From Gemmatimonadales bacterium (GTDB taxonomy: Bacteria; Gemmatimonadota; Gemmatimonadetes; Gemmatimonadales; GWC2-71-9), in NCBI GenBank assembly GCA_036279355.1, contig DASUJH010000028.1:133353-197352 (forward strand): a stretch of DNA of 64,000 nt, read 5' to 3'. The position numbers and the translations under genes were made by a program. Within the stretch, counting starts at the first letter, position 1. Each line of letters begins with the position of its first letter. Positions 1-9,687 of the stretch are shown piece by piece. The notes under the pieces are model-generated. The model was not told where the DNA came from. It searched no databases and worked only from the letters and a program-made list of their open reading frames with translations.

Positions 1-115
1 TGAGGCCGCCGCCGTCCCACCCGCACGCGGCCACGAGCGCGGTGGGCCCGGCCAGGAGCCCGAGCCGGACGAAGTCGCGGCGATCGAGCCGATGTCGCGC
101 GGTACGGTCAATCAT
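1..115 (-). CDS. N-terminal fragment (truncated by window edge) of a Tat-exported protein, probably the redox partner of the adjacent cytochrome b
   Basis: Minus-strand ATG (rc of 113-115) overlaps the stop of the upstream cytochrome b gene. Translation MIDRTARHRLDRRDFVRLGLLAGPTALVAACGW carries a twin-arginine RRDFV signal. Too short to appear in the ORF track. Confidence 0.5.
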   Translation of the reverse strand, partial: MIDRTARHRLDRRDFVRLGLLAGPTALVAACGWDGGGL

Positions 116-788
116 GACTCGGAAATCTCCCGCGGTACCAGCCGGTGAGCATGCCGCGGAGCGAGGCCGGGTCCACCGTGAAGACCAGCACTACGTGTAC
201 GATGGTGAATACGATGAACGTCCACACGGCGAGGAAGTGCCAGTAGCGGGCCAGCTCGTAGCCGCCGAAGAGGCGCGTGAGCCACGCCAGCTCCACCGGT
301 TTGTAGACCGCAAACCCGGTGAGCGCCGAAATCGCTCCGAGCAACACGATGAAGGTGTACGCGGCCTTCTGCAGCGCGTTGTGCTTGCCCTGTGGCGGGT
401 GCTCCTTCCGGAGCCGCAAATAGTAGAGCTGCATCTGGATCGCCGCCTTGGTGTCGCGCGGCCGGAAGACGAGCGAGCGCCATTCGCCCGTGAGCACGAG
501 AAAGGCGACGTACACGATGCCGGTGATGACGAACGGCCAGGCGAGCGCAAAGTGCCAGTTGATGCCCCCCGCCAGCCAGCCGCCGAGCCGCGACCATTCG
601 GGAAAGCCCCGCTGGAGGTGACGTGCGTCGAACGGGTTGGGCACCGGATAGACGTTGCCCTTCATCCCGAAATGCTGGAAGGCCATGTAAATCTGGAGCC
701 CGCTCGCGATCAGGCCGGCGAGCACCACGGCGTTGATCCAGTGGGCCGCCCGCACGAGAGCGCCATTGCGTTTGACTTGAAGCCGCAT
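108..788 (-). CDS. b-type cytochrome membrane subunit (Ni/Fe-hydrogenase B-type cytochrome / PhsC-like family)
   Basis: Part of ORF 108..863, with an internal ATG at 788 (MRLQVKRNG). Several hydrophobic helices carry conserved His residues (RAAHWINAV, INWHFAL, YWHF, IVHVV). Confidence 0.7.
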   Translation of the reverse strand: MRLQVKRNGALVRAAHWINAVVLAGLIASGLQIYMAFQHFGMKGNVYPVPNPFDARHLQRGFPEWSRLGGWLAGGINWHFALAWPFVITGIVYVAFLVLTGEWRSLVFRPRDTKAAIQMQLYYLRLRKEHPPQGKHNALQKAAYTFIVLLGAISALTGFAVYKPVELAWLTRLFGGYELARYWHFLAVWTFIVFTIVHVVLVFTVDPASLRGMLTGWYRGRFPSHD

Positions 789-875
789 GCACCTCTCTGG
801 TTCGGGCTGCCGAAGGTAACGCCGGGAGCTGGAGAACGGTTCTGCCGGGAGCCGCCGGGGCACGCCCGGGCAGGA

Positions 876-2186
876 TCAACGAAGTGCAGCCAAAGCTTCT
901 GCCGCGGCCCGATGACCGGTCGCGATGGCGCCGTGAACGGTGGCGTGCTCGCCGCCGGTGTGCGTCGCCTCTCCCGCAAAGAAGAGCGTGCCGGCCACCG
1001 GCCGTGCCAGCTCCGCCTGCGCCGGAAGCCCGCCGCTCGCAACATAGCTGTACGCGCCGCATGCGCACGGGTCGGCGGACCAATCGTGCGAGTACGCGCC
1101 GAGGAGCAGCGCATCGAGCCCGTCCCGCGGGCGCCCGAACGCGGCGGCGAGCGCGTCGAGCGCCGCCGCCGCGAGCCGCTGTACCGGGAGTCCGGCCAGC
1201 CGCTCCGCCGAGGGTCCGCCGGCCCAGCCGGTGAGCATCGGCGCGCGGAGCGGTGCCGGCGCCCACCAGATCGGCAGCGATGCGTCCGGAACGTGAATGA
1301 ACGAAACCGGTCCGGGGCCGCCTTCGTGTGGCCGCGGGTCCTCCCACCAGATTTCGCGGAACCGGAGCACCACCCGTCGCGCAACGCCCATCTCGAGCTG
1401 AGCGAGCGCAAGTCGCTTGTCGTCGAGCTCGGGATCGAAGCTCGGGCACTCGGGGCCCCTCGCCTTGAGCACGCCGACGGGCAGTGTGACGACGGCGGCG
1501 CGAGCCTCGAGTCGCGCGGCCCCGCCGCCAGCCGTCGTTGCGATTACCTGCACCCGGCCCGGCGACCAGTGTATCGCGCGCACGTGCGTGTTGAGCCGCA
1601 GGTCGAGCCCGGCGCCCGCGTAAGTCCGGAGCGCGTCGGCGACCGCGTCGTACCCATCGAGAATTCGCCAGGCGCCGTTGTGGCTCCCGCCGGCCCCGCG
1701 CTCCGCCTTCGCGATCGACTTGGCGCTCACCCGGTCGAGCCGGGCGGCATGAAATCCTTCGAGATAACGGCCGAGGGCCGGCACGTTGGCGTCGCCGGGC
1801 GGAAACTCGGCGAGGAGTTGGGCGGCCGTGTGGTCGGCGGTTGCGCGCTCGGCGCGCTCAACCAGCGCCCGGAGCCCGGCCCAGAAGTCCGGCGGCCGCG
1901 TGAGGCTTCCGCCCTTGGCGCGGAGATCCGGCTCGCCGGCCTCGATCGTAGTAAGCCCCGCGGCGCGCACGACATCCCAGATGGCCGGCGACGTTCCGTG
2001 CACGAACTCGGCCCCCAGCTCGATCGGAAGCGGATAGCCGGCCGCCCGGAGCGTGAGCAGCCGGCCGCCGATCCGTGCGCGCGCCTCGAGCAATGACACG
2101 CGCGCCCCGGCCTCTGAGAGCCGAGCTGCCGCCGCGAGTCCTGCCGCGCCGGCCCCGATCACGATCAGGTCCGCGTCGCCCGCCAT
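876..2186 (-). CDS. FAD-dependent amine oxidase family oxidoreductase
   Basis: 436 aa ORF. N-terminal dinucleotide-binding fold DLIVIGAGAAGLAAAARLSEAGARVSLLEARARIGGR and C-terminal FFAGEATH motif typical of flavin amine oxidases. Confidence 0.8.
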   Translation of the reverse strand: MAGDADLIVIGAGAAGLAAAARLSEAGARVSLLEARARIGGRLLTLRAAGYPLPIELGAEFVHGTSPAIWDVVRAAGLTTIEAGEPDLRAKGGSLTRPPDFWAGLRALVERAERATADHTAAQLLAEFPPGDANVPALGRYLEGFHAARLDRVSAKSIAKAERGAGGSHNGAWRILDGYDAVADALRTYAGAGLDLRLNTHVRAIHWSPGRVQVIATTAGGGAARLEARAAVVTLPVGVLKARGPECPSFDPELDDKRLALAQLEMGVARRVVLRFREIWWEDPRPHEGGPGPVSFIHVPDASLPIWWAPAPLRAPMLTGWAGGPSAERLAGLPVQRLAAAALDALAAAFGRPRDGLDALLLGAYSHDWSADPCACGAYSYVASGGLPAQAELARPVAGTLFFAGEATHTGGEHATVHGAIATGHRAAAEALAALR

Positions 2187-2194
2187 CCCCCAAG

Positions 2195-3418
2195 CTACTC
2201 ATAGCGAAGCGCCACGATCGGGTCCAGGCTCGCCGCGCGGCGAGCCGGCCAGAGCCCGAAGAAGAGTCCCACTGCGGCGCTGAATCCGAAGGCGATCACG
2301 ATGGCGCCCGGCGCGATCAGCGTGTTCCAATGCATCAGCCGCGACAGAACGACGGCGGCGGTGATGCCGAGCGCGCTGCCGATCACGCCGCCGCTCAAGC
2401 AGAGCACCAGCGCCTCCACCAGGAACTGGAGGAGGATGTTGAGGCGGGTGGCGCCGAGCGCTTTGCGCACGCCGATCTCGCGGGTGCGCTCGGTGACGGA
2501 CACCAGCATGATGTTCATGATCCCGATGCCGCCGACCACGAGGCTCACCGCCGCGATGCTCGCGAGCAGATAGGTAAAGACCTGCGTCGCCTGCTGCTGG
2601 GTCTCAAGGATGTCCTGCGGATTGCGCACCGAAAAATCGTCGTCGGCGCCGGGGCGGATCTTGTGGGTTTTCCGGAGCACCCGCTCCATGTCGACCATCC
2701 CCTGCTCGATCGGCACGCCGGAGTCGACCTCGATGGCGATCGAGCGCAGCCGGTCGGTGCCGAACGCACGGTAGCGGGCGGTATTGATCGGGATGAAGAT
2801 CTGCTCGTCGGGATTGGAGAAGGAACCCTGCGCCCCCTTGCTGCTCAGCACACCGATGATCTCGAAGGGAATGCCGCCGACGAAGAGCTGCTGTCCGATC
2901 ACGGACCCCGGGTTCGCGTTCAGGTTGTCCGGCACCTCGGAGCCGACCACCGCGTAGCGCTGCCGCTCCTCGTCGTCGGCATCGGTGAAGCTCCGGCCGT
3001 AGGGCACCGTATAATTGCGGACGGTGACGAAGTTGGCCGTGGTGCCCACGATCGGCACGTTGAGGTTGAGCCCGCCGTAGCGGACCTGCAGCGCGCGCTG
3101 CATTTCGGGCACCACAGCCGAAAGGAGCATTCCATCGCGCTTGAGCGCGAGATAGTCGTCCATCGTGAGGCTCACCCGGTCCTGCGAGGCGACGCCGCGC
3201 TGGAAGGACTGGCCGGGTACCACCGTGAAGATGTTGGCGCCGAGCGCCGCAATGCGGTCCTCCACCGCCTTCTGCGCGCCCGCGCCAAGCGCCACCATCG
3301 TGATCACCGCGCCCACGCCGATGATGATGCCGAGCATCGTGAGCAGCGACCGCAGCTTGTTGGCCCGCACCGACTCGAAGGCCACCGCGACCGTTTCTCC
3401 GGCGAGGAGACCGGCCAT
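2195..3418 (-). CDS. ABC transporter permease, MacB/FtsX type
   Basis: ORF 2195..3514 trimmed to the ATG at 3418 (MAGLLAGETVAVAFESVRANKLRSLLTMLGIIIGV), 1 nt after the upstream stop. Has an N-terminal TM helix, a large periplasmic domain and a C-terminal FtsX-like 3-TM bundle. Confidence 0.85.
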   Translation of the reverse strand: MAGLLAGETVAVAFESVRANKLRSLLTMLGIIIGVGAVITMVALGAGAQKAVEDRIAALGANIFTVVPGQSFQRGVASQDRVSLTMDDYLALKRDGMLLSAVVPEMQRALQVRYGGLNLNVPIVGTTANFVTVRNYTVPYGRSFTDADDEERQRYAVVGSEVPDNLNANPGSVIGQQLFVGGIPFEIIGVLSSKGAQGSFSNPDEQIFIPINTARYRAFGTDRLRSIAIEVDSGVPIEQGMVDMERVLRKTHKIRPGADDDFSVRNPQDILETQQQATQVFTYLLASIAAVSLVVGGIGIMNIMLVSVTERTREIGVRKALGATRLNILLQFLVEALVLCLSGGVIGSALGITAAVVLSRLMHWNTLIAPGAIVIAFGFSAAVGLFFGLWPARRAASLDPIVALRYE

Positions 3419-3419
3419 G

Positions 3420-4844
3420 TTAGTGGCTCTGCCCCGGCGGGGTTGCCTGCGAGCGCGCCTGCGGTGACTGCGGCGGCCGCCCGGGTTGCTGCTGCATGCC
3501 CGGCACCGCGCCACCGCCGGTGACCCGGTTCACCCGATCCTTGAAGTCCTGCTGCGACCGCACCAGGCTTGCGCTCGGAAGGAGCAGCACCGAGTCACCC
3601 GGGCTGAGCCCCGACAATACCTGGCTGTAGTCGAGGTCGGTGAGCCCGGTGCGAATGGTGCGCGGCACCGGCGCCCCGCCGTGCTTCACGAAGACGATGT
3701 ACTGGCCGCTATAGACGTAGCCCGCACCGCCTCGAGCCGAGTCGCCGCTCGCCACGCCTCCTGAGGCGCCTCGGGCGCGGGCACCCCGACCGCGTGCGCC
3801 GGGCGCTGTGGCTCCGCGGCCGGCCGCCCCGGTCGAATCACCTCGCGCCCCGCCCGCGGCGCCGGCGGCGGGCCGGCTGCTCGCGAGCTCCGCGTGCACC
3901 TGGTCCGGCGGAAGTCCGAGCACCTGCGCGGCCGAGGCTACGTCCTTCTGCGTGCGCAGCGCGGCGTTCGGCACCGCGAGCACGCTGTCTGCCCGCCCGA
4001 CATGAATCCGCACGTCGCAGTTCATCCCGGGCAGCAGCTCGTTATTGATGTTCTGCACCCGGACCCGCACGGGAAACATCGTGACGTTCTGCGAGGTGGT
4101 GTCGTTGGGTTCGACCTTGAGCACCTCGCCCTCGAACGGCTGGTTGGGATACGCGTTCACCGTCACCGTGGCGCGCATGCCCGAGCGGATCTTGCCGATG
4201 TCGGTCTCATCCACCAGCGTCACCGCCTGGACGAGCCGGAGGTCGGCCATGCGCATGAGCACGGTGCCGCCGCCCACGTTGCTCGTGGCCGAGGCGATCT
4301 GCTGCCCGCGCTCGATGCTCTTTTCGATGATCGTGCCGGTGATGGGCGCACGGACGTCGGTGTCTTCCAGCAGGATCTTTGCGTTGTCCACCTCGATCTG
4401 GGCCTTGACCAGGTTGGCCTGCGCGTTGGCAAAGGCGAGCTGCGCCTGCTCGCTCTCCTGCACCGTGGCGGACTGCTCCTTGAGCAACTGATTGGTCCGG
4501 TCACGCTCGACCCGGGCGTTGTCGAGCTGGGCCTTGGCGACGTCGAGATCCGCCTTGGCCTGGTCGTAGCTGTTCCGCGGGAGCCGCGGGTCGATCTGCA
4601 CGAGCGGCGCGCCGCGCTGGACCGTCTGTCCCGTTTCGGCCGAGAGCTTGATCACCTCGCCCGATGCGCGGGAGCGCACTTCCACGACGGTGTCGGGCTC
4701 GATCACCCCGGAGGCGAGCGCCGACACCACGATGTCCCGCCGTTCGACCGGAACGGCCTGATACACCGGAGCCGGCACAGCCTTGTGACACGCGAGTGCG
4801 GCCGGCACCGTGGCGAGGAGTGTAACGAGCAGTCTCGGGCGCAT
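3420..4844 (-). CDS. HlyD/MacA-type periplasmic adaptor (membrane fusion) lipoprotein
   Basis: Real part of fused ORF 3420..5639. The ATG at 4844 overlaps the ATPase stop (ATGA). Lipobox AALAC, coiled-coil hairpin (AKADLDVAKAQLDNA ... LVKAQIEVDNAK) and the RAPITGTI beta-barrel motif. Confidence 0.85.
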   Translation of the reverse strand: MRPRLLVTLLATVPAALACHKAVPAPVYQAVPVERRDIVVSALASGVIEPDTVVEVRSRASGEVIKLSAETGQTVQRGAPLVQIDPRLPRNSYDQAKADLDVAKAQLDNARVERDRTNQLLKEQSATVQESEQAQLAFANAQANLVKAQIEVDNAKILLEDTDVRAPITGTIIEKSIERGQQIASATSNVGGGTVLMRMADLRLVQAVTLVDETDIGKIRSGMRATVTVNAYPNQPFEGEVLKVEPNDTTSQNVTMFPVRVRVQNINNELLPGMNCDVRIHVGRADSVLAVPNAALRTQKDVASAAQVLGLPPDQVHAELASSRPAAGAAGGARGDSTGAAGRGATAPGARGRGARARGASGGVASGDSARGGAGYVYSGQYIVFVKHGGAPVPRTIRTGLTDLDYSQVLSGLSPGDSVLLLPSASLVRSQQDFKDRVNRVTGGGAVPGMQQQPGRPPQSPQARSQATPPGQSH

Positions 4845-5599
4845 CAGCTTCTCCCCGGGGTGGCGAAGTCCCGCTCGACCCGGCCGTCCTTCAGGTGAAT
4901 CTGGCGGCGGGCATAGTTGGCGATGTCGGCTTCGTGGGTCACGAGCACGATCGTCTGTCCGCCGCGATGCAGCTCCTCGAAGAGCGCGAGGATCTCGTAG
5001 CTGGTGCTGCTGTCGAGATTTCCGGTCGGCTCGTCGGCGAGCAGAATCGAGGGCTGATTCACCAGCGCGCGGGCGATGGCCACACGCTGGCGCTGGCCGC
5101 CCGACAGCTCGTTGGGCCGATGCTGCATCCGGTCGGCGAGCCCCACGCGCTCGAGGGCCGCGGTGGCCTGCTCGCGGCGTGCCCTCGCCCCGATGCCGGC
5201 GTAGACCAGCGGCAGCTCGACGTTGTGCAGCGCGGTGGCGCGCGGCAGCAGGTTGAAGGTCTGAAACACGAACCCGATCTCGCGGTTGCGGATGCGGGCG
5301 AGGGCGTCGTCGTCGAGCTCCGACACCCGGTGCCCGTTGAGCCAGTACTCGCCCGTGGTCGGCGTGTCGAGGCAGCCGATCACGTTCATCAGGGTCGATT
5401 TGCCCGAGCCGGAGGGGCCCATGATGGCGACGAACTCGTTGCGCCGGATCGTGAGGTCTGCCCCGCGGAGCGCGTGCACCACCTCGCTTCCCATGTCGTA
5501 GTCGCGCCGGAGGTTCCGGGTGACGATCACGGCGTCGGCGGGAACGTCGGCCGGCAGGCGCGCCATGCGCTCCGCGGTATTCTCGAGGGTCGCGGTCAT
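4844..5599 (-). CDS. ABC transporter ATP-binding protein (MacB/LolD-like)
   Basis: Walker [10 protein letters not shown], signature LSGGQRQR, Walker [13 protein letters not shown]-loop VTHE. Confidence 0.9.
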   Translation of the reverse strand: MTATLENTAERMARLPADVPADAVIVTRNLRRDYDMGSEVVHALRGADLTIRRNEFVAIMGPSGSGKSTLMNVIGCLDTPTTGEYWLNGHRVSELDDDALARIRNREIGFVFQTFNLLPRATALHNVELPLVYAGIGARARREQATAALERVGLADRMQHRPNELSGGQRQRVAIARALVNQPSILLADEPTGNLDSSTSYEILALFEELHRGGQTIVLVTHEADIANYARRQIHLKDGRVERDFATPGRS

Positions 5600-6930
5600 A
5601 GGTGTCTCCCCAGGACGCCTTCGATCTGGGCCTTGGCACGGAGATAGTCGAACCGGGCGCTCACCACGTCCACCTCGGCCTGGGTGAGCGTTTCCTGCGC
5701 GGTGAGCACGTCCACGATCGTGGCGACGCCAGCCCGGTACCGGTCCTGCTGCACCCGGAGCGCTTCGGTGCCCGCGGCAACGCTCGTTTGGGCGATGTCG
5801 ATCCGCTGGCGCGCGGCATCGAGCGCCGCCGCCTCGGCGATCACGACCGACTGCACGGCGCGGCGCGCGTCCTGGGCCTGCGCTTCCGCCAGGTCCACCT
5901 GGCTTTCCTGCTGCACGATCGTCTGCTCGCGCTCGAACCGGTTGAAGATCGGCCAGCTCAACTGAAGCGCAAGCTGGCGCTGGTTGATGAGGTCGTAGTC
6001 GCTCCGGCTCGATGCGTTGAAGTTGGCGCCGGCGCTGAGCGAGACCGTGGGCCAGTAATTGCCCTTGGCGCTCCGGAGCGCGGCCCGGCTGGCAGCAGCG
6101 AGCGCGGTGCTACTCTGCACCTGCGGCGCGGAATCGGCGGCAGCGCGCGCGAGCGCTCCGGCGTCGAGCGAATCCGCCATGCGATACAGGCTCGAGTCGT
6201 CCACCGCGGCCACCCGCCCGTCGGCGCCTACCTGTCGGGCCAGCGCCGCTTCGGCCGCGGCGAGCCCGCTCTGCGCGGTGAGCAGATCGGCGCGCGCGGT
6301 GCCAAGTGCCACCAGCGACTGCAGCGAATCGGCGCGGGTGGCGCTGCCCACGCGGAGCTTGGCGGCGCTCACCTTGAGTTGCTCCTCGGCCCGGCGGACG
6401 CTGGCCTCGCGCACCCGGACCAGTTGCCCGGCCGCGAGCGCGTCGAGGAACGCGCTCGTGGTGGTGAGGCGCTGCTGGTACCTCGCGTTCACGAGCCCGC
6501 TCTCCGCGGCCGCGGTCTCAGCTCGGGCCGCGGCGGAGTTGGCGCCACGCCGGAATCCGGTGAAGACATCCACGCTCGCGTTGAGTCCGAACGAAAGCGT
6601 CTGCGTCGTACTGCCACCCGGCAGGACAAGGCCAGTTGTGCGGTCGAGCACCGGCTGGCCCGAGTACAGCGTGGCACCGGAGCCGGAGGCGGTAACGCTC
6701 GGGAGGTACGCGCCGAACGCGGCCCGCCGCGCCGCGCCCGCATCCTCCAGTGCGCCCTGCGCCTGCACGACGGCCGGCTGGACTCGCTGCGCCCGGCGAA
6801 GGGCCTCATCCAGGGTGACCGACTGTGTCGCGGCGGGCGCGGCCGGCTGCTGGGCTGCGCCGATCGCGGGCTGGATCCAGAGGACGATGGCGAGCACCTG
6901 CGCCGTCTTGCGACGCCTCGCCGTCCTCAC
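5596..6930 (-). CDS. TolC-family outer membrane efflux protein
   Basis: 444 aa with a signal peptide, two repeated halves and long helical Ala/Gln-rich segments typical of the outer membrane factor family. GTGA overlap with the upstream gene and 4-nt overlap with the ATPase gene. Confidence 0.8.
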   Translation of the reverse strand: MRTARRRKTAQVLAIVLWIQPAIGAAQQPAAPAATQSVTLDEALRRAQRVQPAVVQAQGALEDAGAARRAAFGAYLPSVTASGSGATLYSGQPVLDRTTGLVLPGGSTTQTLSFGLNASVDVFTGFRRGANSAAARAETAAAESGLVNARYQQRLTTTSAFLDALAAGQLVRVREASVRRAEEQLKVSAAKLRVGSATRADSLQSLVALGTARADLLTAQSGLAAAEAALARQVGADGRVAAVDDSSLYRMADSLDAGALARAAADSAPQVQSSTALAAASRAALRSAKGNYWPTVSLSAGANFNASSRSDYDLINQRQLALQLSWPIFNRFEREQTIVQQESQVDLAEAQAQDARRAVQSVVIAEAAALDAARQRIDIAQTSVAAGTEALRVQQDRYRAGVATIVDVLTAQETLTQAEVDVVSARFDYLRAKAQIEGVLGRHL

Positions 6931-7322
6931 CGGTCCGCGCCGTTCGGCGGAGGCGGTCCGGGGCGCCGGTGTCCGCGATGTGAGGTGAGCTCGGCAAACT
7001 TCCGCTGCTGCGCGGTGTCGAGCTGCGCCGAAATCTCGCCATTCAGCGACCGCTCCAACTCGCGAAGCCGGGGCTGGAAATCACGCCAGAGCGAGTCCAT
7101 CTCCGGCCGGTGGCGCTCGAGGATGAGCCGGACGCTGTCCCGCTGCGCGGCATTCAGATCGAGCCTCCGCGCGAGGCGGTCGGCCATGGCGGCGGGAGTG
7201 CGTGCACGGGCGCGCGCCATGACGTGGCGCCTGGCCAGGGCACGCCCCTCGAAGCCGACAAGCAGTCCGATGATGAATACCGCGACGAGCAGCGCCGCCG
7301 CACGCCAACGCGTGCCGTTCAT
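6927..7322 (-). CDS. Spy/CpxP-like periplasmic protein (LTxxQ-type motifs)
   Basis: 131 aa with an N-terminal TM/signal helix and two LxxxQ-type motifs (LNAAQRDSV, LDTAQQRKF). Coupled by ATGA to the upstream gene. Confidence 0.55.
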   Translation of the reverse strand: MNGTRWRAAALLVAVFIIGLLVGFEGRALARRHVMARARARTPAAMADRLARRLDLNAAQRDSVRLILERHRPEMDSLWRDFQPRLRELERSLNGEISAQLDTAQQRKFAELTSHRGHRRPGPPPPNGADR

Positions 7323-7672
7323 GGTGCCTCCAGGAGTGAGTCGAGCACGATACCGGGTCCGCCCGGCTGCGCCGTGAGCAAGGTGGCGGGCGCGCCCACC
7401 GGCACGATTGCCTCGGCGACGTCGAGCTGCTCGATACCTTGCTCATCGGCGCGAGCTTCGAGCGCGAGCCCCGCGCCGATGAGCAGGGCGGCCGCGATGC
7501 CGGGACCGGCCCAGCGCGCGAGCGAGTCCCAGAGCGCCGCGGCGCGGCCGCCGGCGGCGCTCGCGAGCACCCGCGCGACGAACGCGTCGTGGCCGCCCGG
7601 ATCGAGATGCTCGCGCAGCAGGTGCCCGAGCGCGGGGTCGGCGCCGGAGTGGAAGACTTCGTCGCCCGTCAT
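7319..7672 (-). CDS. putative anti-sigma factor (single-pass membrane protein)
   Basis: 117 aa, immediately downstream of and overlapping (ATGA) the ECF sigma gene. One central TM helix (GIAAALLIGAGLAL). Assigned by position only. Confidence 0.4.
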   Translation of the reverse strand: MTGDEVFHSGADPALGHLLREHLDPGGHDAFVARVLASAAGGRAAALWDSLARWAGPGIAAALLIGAGLALEARADEQGIEQLDVAEAIVPVGAPATLLTAQPGGPGIVLDSLLEAP

Positions 7673-8208
7673 GTGACCTCCTCGAGGAAGGGCGTCAACT
7701 GCCGGCGCAGCGCCCGCCGGGCATGAAAGACATCGGATCGCACCGTGCCTTCAGGTATGTCGAGCAGATCGGCGATCTCGGCGTGCGAATACCCCTCGGC
7801 GTCGAACAACGTGACCGCGATCCGCGAACGCTCGGGAAGCCGCTCGAGCGCCTCGGCCAGCGCGTCGCGCATGAGCGCGCGGGCGGCGTCGCGGTCGGGG
7901 CCGGGCCGGCGCTCGGCGTGCTCGGCGAGCGGCTCGGTGGCGCGCACCCGGCGCTTGCGGCGAAGGTCGCGCGCGGCGTTCATCACGATCTGCATCAGCC
8001 AGGCGCGGAACGGGCGGCGGGGGTCGTATCGCTCGACCATCTGCCATGCCCGGAGAAAAGCCTCCTGTACGGCGTCGTCCGCATCGGCGTCGTCGCGCAG
8101 CACCAGCCGGGCGAGCCGCCGGGCGGTGGGCGTGAACTCGGTCACCATGCGTGCGAACGCATCGGGATCGCCCGCGGCAAGGCGGGCGGAGAGTTCGGGA
8201 TCGTGCAC
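7669..8208 (-). CDS. ECF-type RNA polymerase sigma-70 family factor
   Basis: Region 2 (DAVQEAFLRAWQMVERYDPRRPFRAWLMQIVMNAARDLRRKRR) and region 4 HTH (SHAEIADLLDIPEGTVRSDVFHARRALR). GTG start. Confidence 0.85.
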   Translation of the reverse strand: MHDPELSARLAAGDPDAFARMVTEFTPTARRLARLVLRDDADADDAVQEAFLRAWQMVERYDPRRPFRAWLMQIVMNAARDLRRKRRVRATEPLAEHAERRPGPDRDAARALMRDALAEALERLPERSRIAVTLFDAEGYSHAEIADLLDIPEGTVRSDVFHARRALRRQLTPFLEEVT

Positions 8209-8283
8209 TCCGAAGGATACGCGCGAGGGGCGGCCGCCGTTGAAGCGCCGGGCGTCAGGTCGCCATGTCGGGGGTGGGTGGGT

Positions 8284-9687
8284 CTAGCGGTCCACCCTCC
8301 GCCGGAAGGCCTCCGCGGCGGCGGCGAGCGCAAACCAGACGCAGACGAGGCCGAATCCATAGGCCATAGGGCGGGGCAGCACGAGGAACAGCAGACCGAG
8401 GATGATGAGGACGATGCTGACCGGGACGTAGATCGAACGGCGAGCGGCGCTGATGAGGGTGCGCGCGGCGATGGCGGCCCGGCCCCGGAATTCGCGCCGG
8501 GCGCGGCGCTGCGAAAGCTCGAGAGCGGCCCCCGACGGGCGCCGGTGCAGCCCCGACGGCATCACGCGCTGCAGCGAGCGGGGCCCGCGAAGCAGGCGGC
8601 GTTCCACCTCGAAGCTCCGCGAGAGATCGCGCGCGAACTGGGCCTCCAGATCCCGCGCGAACCCCGGGTCGTCGATGAGCACGTCGATTTCGTAATTCCC
8701 CAGCAGGCTGGAGGCATTGAGGTTGCTCGTCCCGATCCGTGCCCAGCGCCCATCCGCCACCATCGTCTTGGCGTGCAGCATCGGGCCGGCCCACTCGAAG
8801 ATCCGGATGCCGGCGCGGAGCAGGTTGCGGTAGCCGACCCGAGTAATATTGCGCACCAGCGGCAGATCGCTGGCGCCCGGCACGAGCAGCCGGATGTCGG
8901 CGCCGTCGCGCGCGGCTTCGACCAGCGCCTGAAAGAGCCGCGGTGGTGGGACCAGATAGGCGTCGGTGATCCAGAGCCGCGCGATGCTGCCGGCGGTGAG
9001 ATACTCGAGCGTGCGATACGCGCGCTCGCGCCCCGGCTCGCCCACCACGACCCGTACCTCGGCGTCGCCGCAGGCGGGAGGGTCCGCGGCACCGGCTTCA
9101 TCGGGTGGGAGCGGCGGGCCGGCAAGGCGCCAGGTGCCGGCGAACGCCGCGTCGAGCGCGGCCGCGGCGGGTCCCTCGATCTCGACGCCGGTGTCGCGCC
9201 AGGGCGGTACGCCGTGCGCCGGGTCGCCCGCCCACTCATCGCCGATGCATTGGCCGCCGATCACGCCGCGGCACCCATCCGCAATGACCACCTTGCGGTG
9301 GTTGCGGCTCAGGTTGGCGAAGATCCGGAGCGGATGAGGCGCATTGAAGCGGCGGACGTCGACGCCCGCCTCGCGCAGAAAGCGCCAGTAGCCGCGCCCG
9401 GTGCCGATGGAGCCCAGCCAGTCGTAGAGCACGCGCACCCGCACGCCATCGCGCGCGCGTGCGGCCAGCGCCTGCGCAAAGCGCCACCCGGTGCGGTCGT
9501 CGCGGATGATATAGTTTTCGAGGTGAACGGTGCTGCCGGCGCGCGCGATGAGGTCGAGCATCACCTCATACGTGCCGGGGCCATCGAGCAGGAGGCGCAC
9601 GCGATTACCCGGGATCGGCCGTGCCGAGGCCGCGCGATTCACCGCCACCTCGATCGGACGCAGCGCGTCCGGCGCGGGCCCGGTCAT
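8284..9687 (-). CDS. phospholipase D / cardiolipin synthase family protein
   Basis: Two HKD motifs (HRKVVIADG and HAKTMVADGRWARIGTSNLN) and a C-terminal pair of TM helices. Confidence 0.8.
   Translation of the reverse strand: MTGPAPDALRPIEVAVNRAASARPIPGNRVRLLLDGPGTYEVMLDLIARAGSTVHLENYIIRDDRTGWRFAQALAARARDGVRVRVLYDWLGSIGTGRGYWRFLREAGVDVRRFNAPHPLRIFANLSRNHRKVVIADGCRGVIGGQCIGDEWAGDPAHGVPPWRDTGVEIEGPAAAALDAAFAGTWRLAGPPLPPDEAGAADPPACGDAEVRVVVGEPGRERAYRTLEYLTAGSIARLWITDAYLVPPPRLFQALVEAARDGADIRLLVPGASDLPLVRNITRVGYRNLLRAGIRIFEWAGPMLHAKTMVADGRWARIGTSNLNASSLLGNYEIDVLIDDPGFARDLEAQFARDLSRSFEVERRLLRGPRSLQRVMPSGLHRRPSGAALELSQRRARREFRGRAAIAARTLISAARRSIYVPVSIVLIILGLLFLVLPRPMAYGFGLVCVWFALAAAAEAFRRRVDR

Noticed and set aside
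42-2096. 684-aa plus-strand ORF, one of the longest in the track
   Set aside because: It is antisense to two well-supported minus-strand genes (the cytochrome b and the FAD amine oxidase). Its translation is an Arg/Pro/Gly/Ala-rich low-information sequence with no motif. This is a typical stop-codon-poor shadow ORF of GC-rich DNA.
3420-5639. Fused or extended ORFs in the track (3420..5639, 28081..30177, 32006..34141, 34325..36073, 35311..36351, 49062..51062, 49961..52072, 50806..51984, 52577..54586, 55176..56789)
   Set aside because: The upstream parts are out-of-frame read-throughs over neighbouring genes or leaders and are Arg/Pro-rich. Real starts were placed where the upstream gene's stop overlaps an ATG/GTG, where signal peptides begin, or where family N-termini begin.
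8209-8283. ECF-type autoregulatory promoter (TCAAC-N17-CGTA) upstream of the sigma factor gene
   Set aside because: The match is weak, and the putative -10 would sit only about 10 nt from the GTG start, requiring a leaderless transcript. It cannot be supported without knowing the ECF group's consensus.
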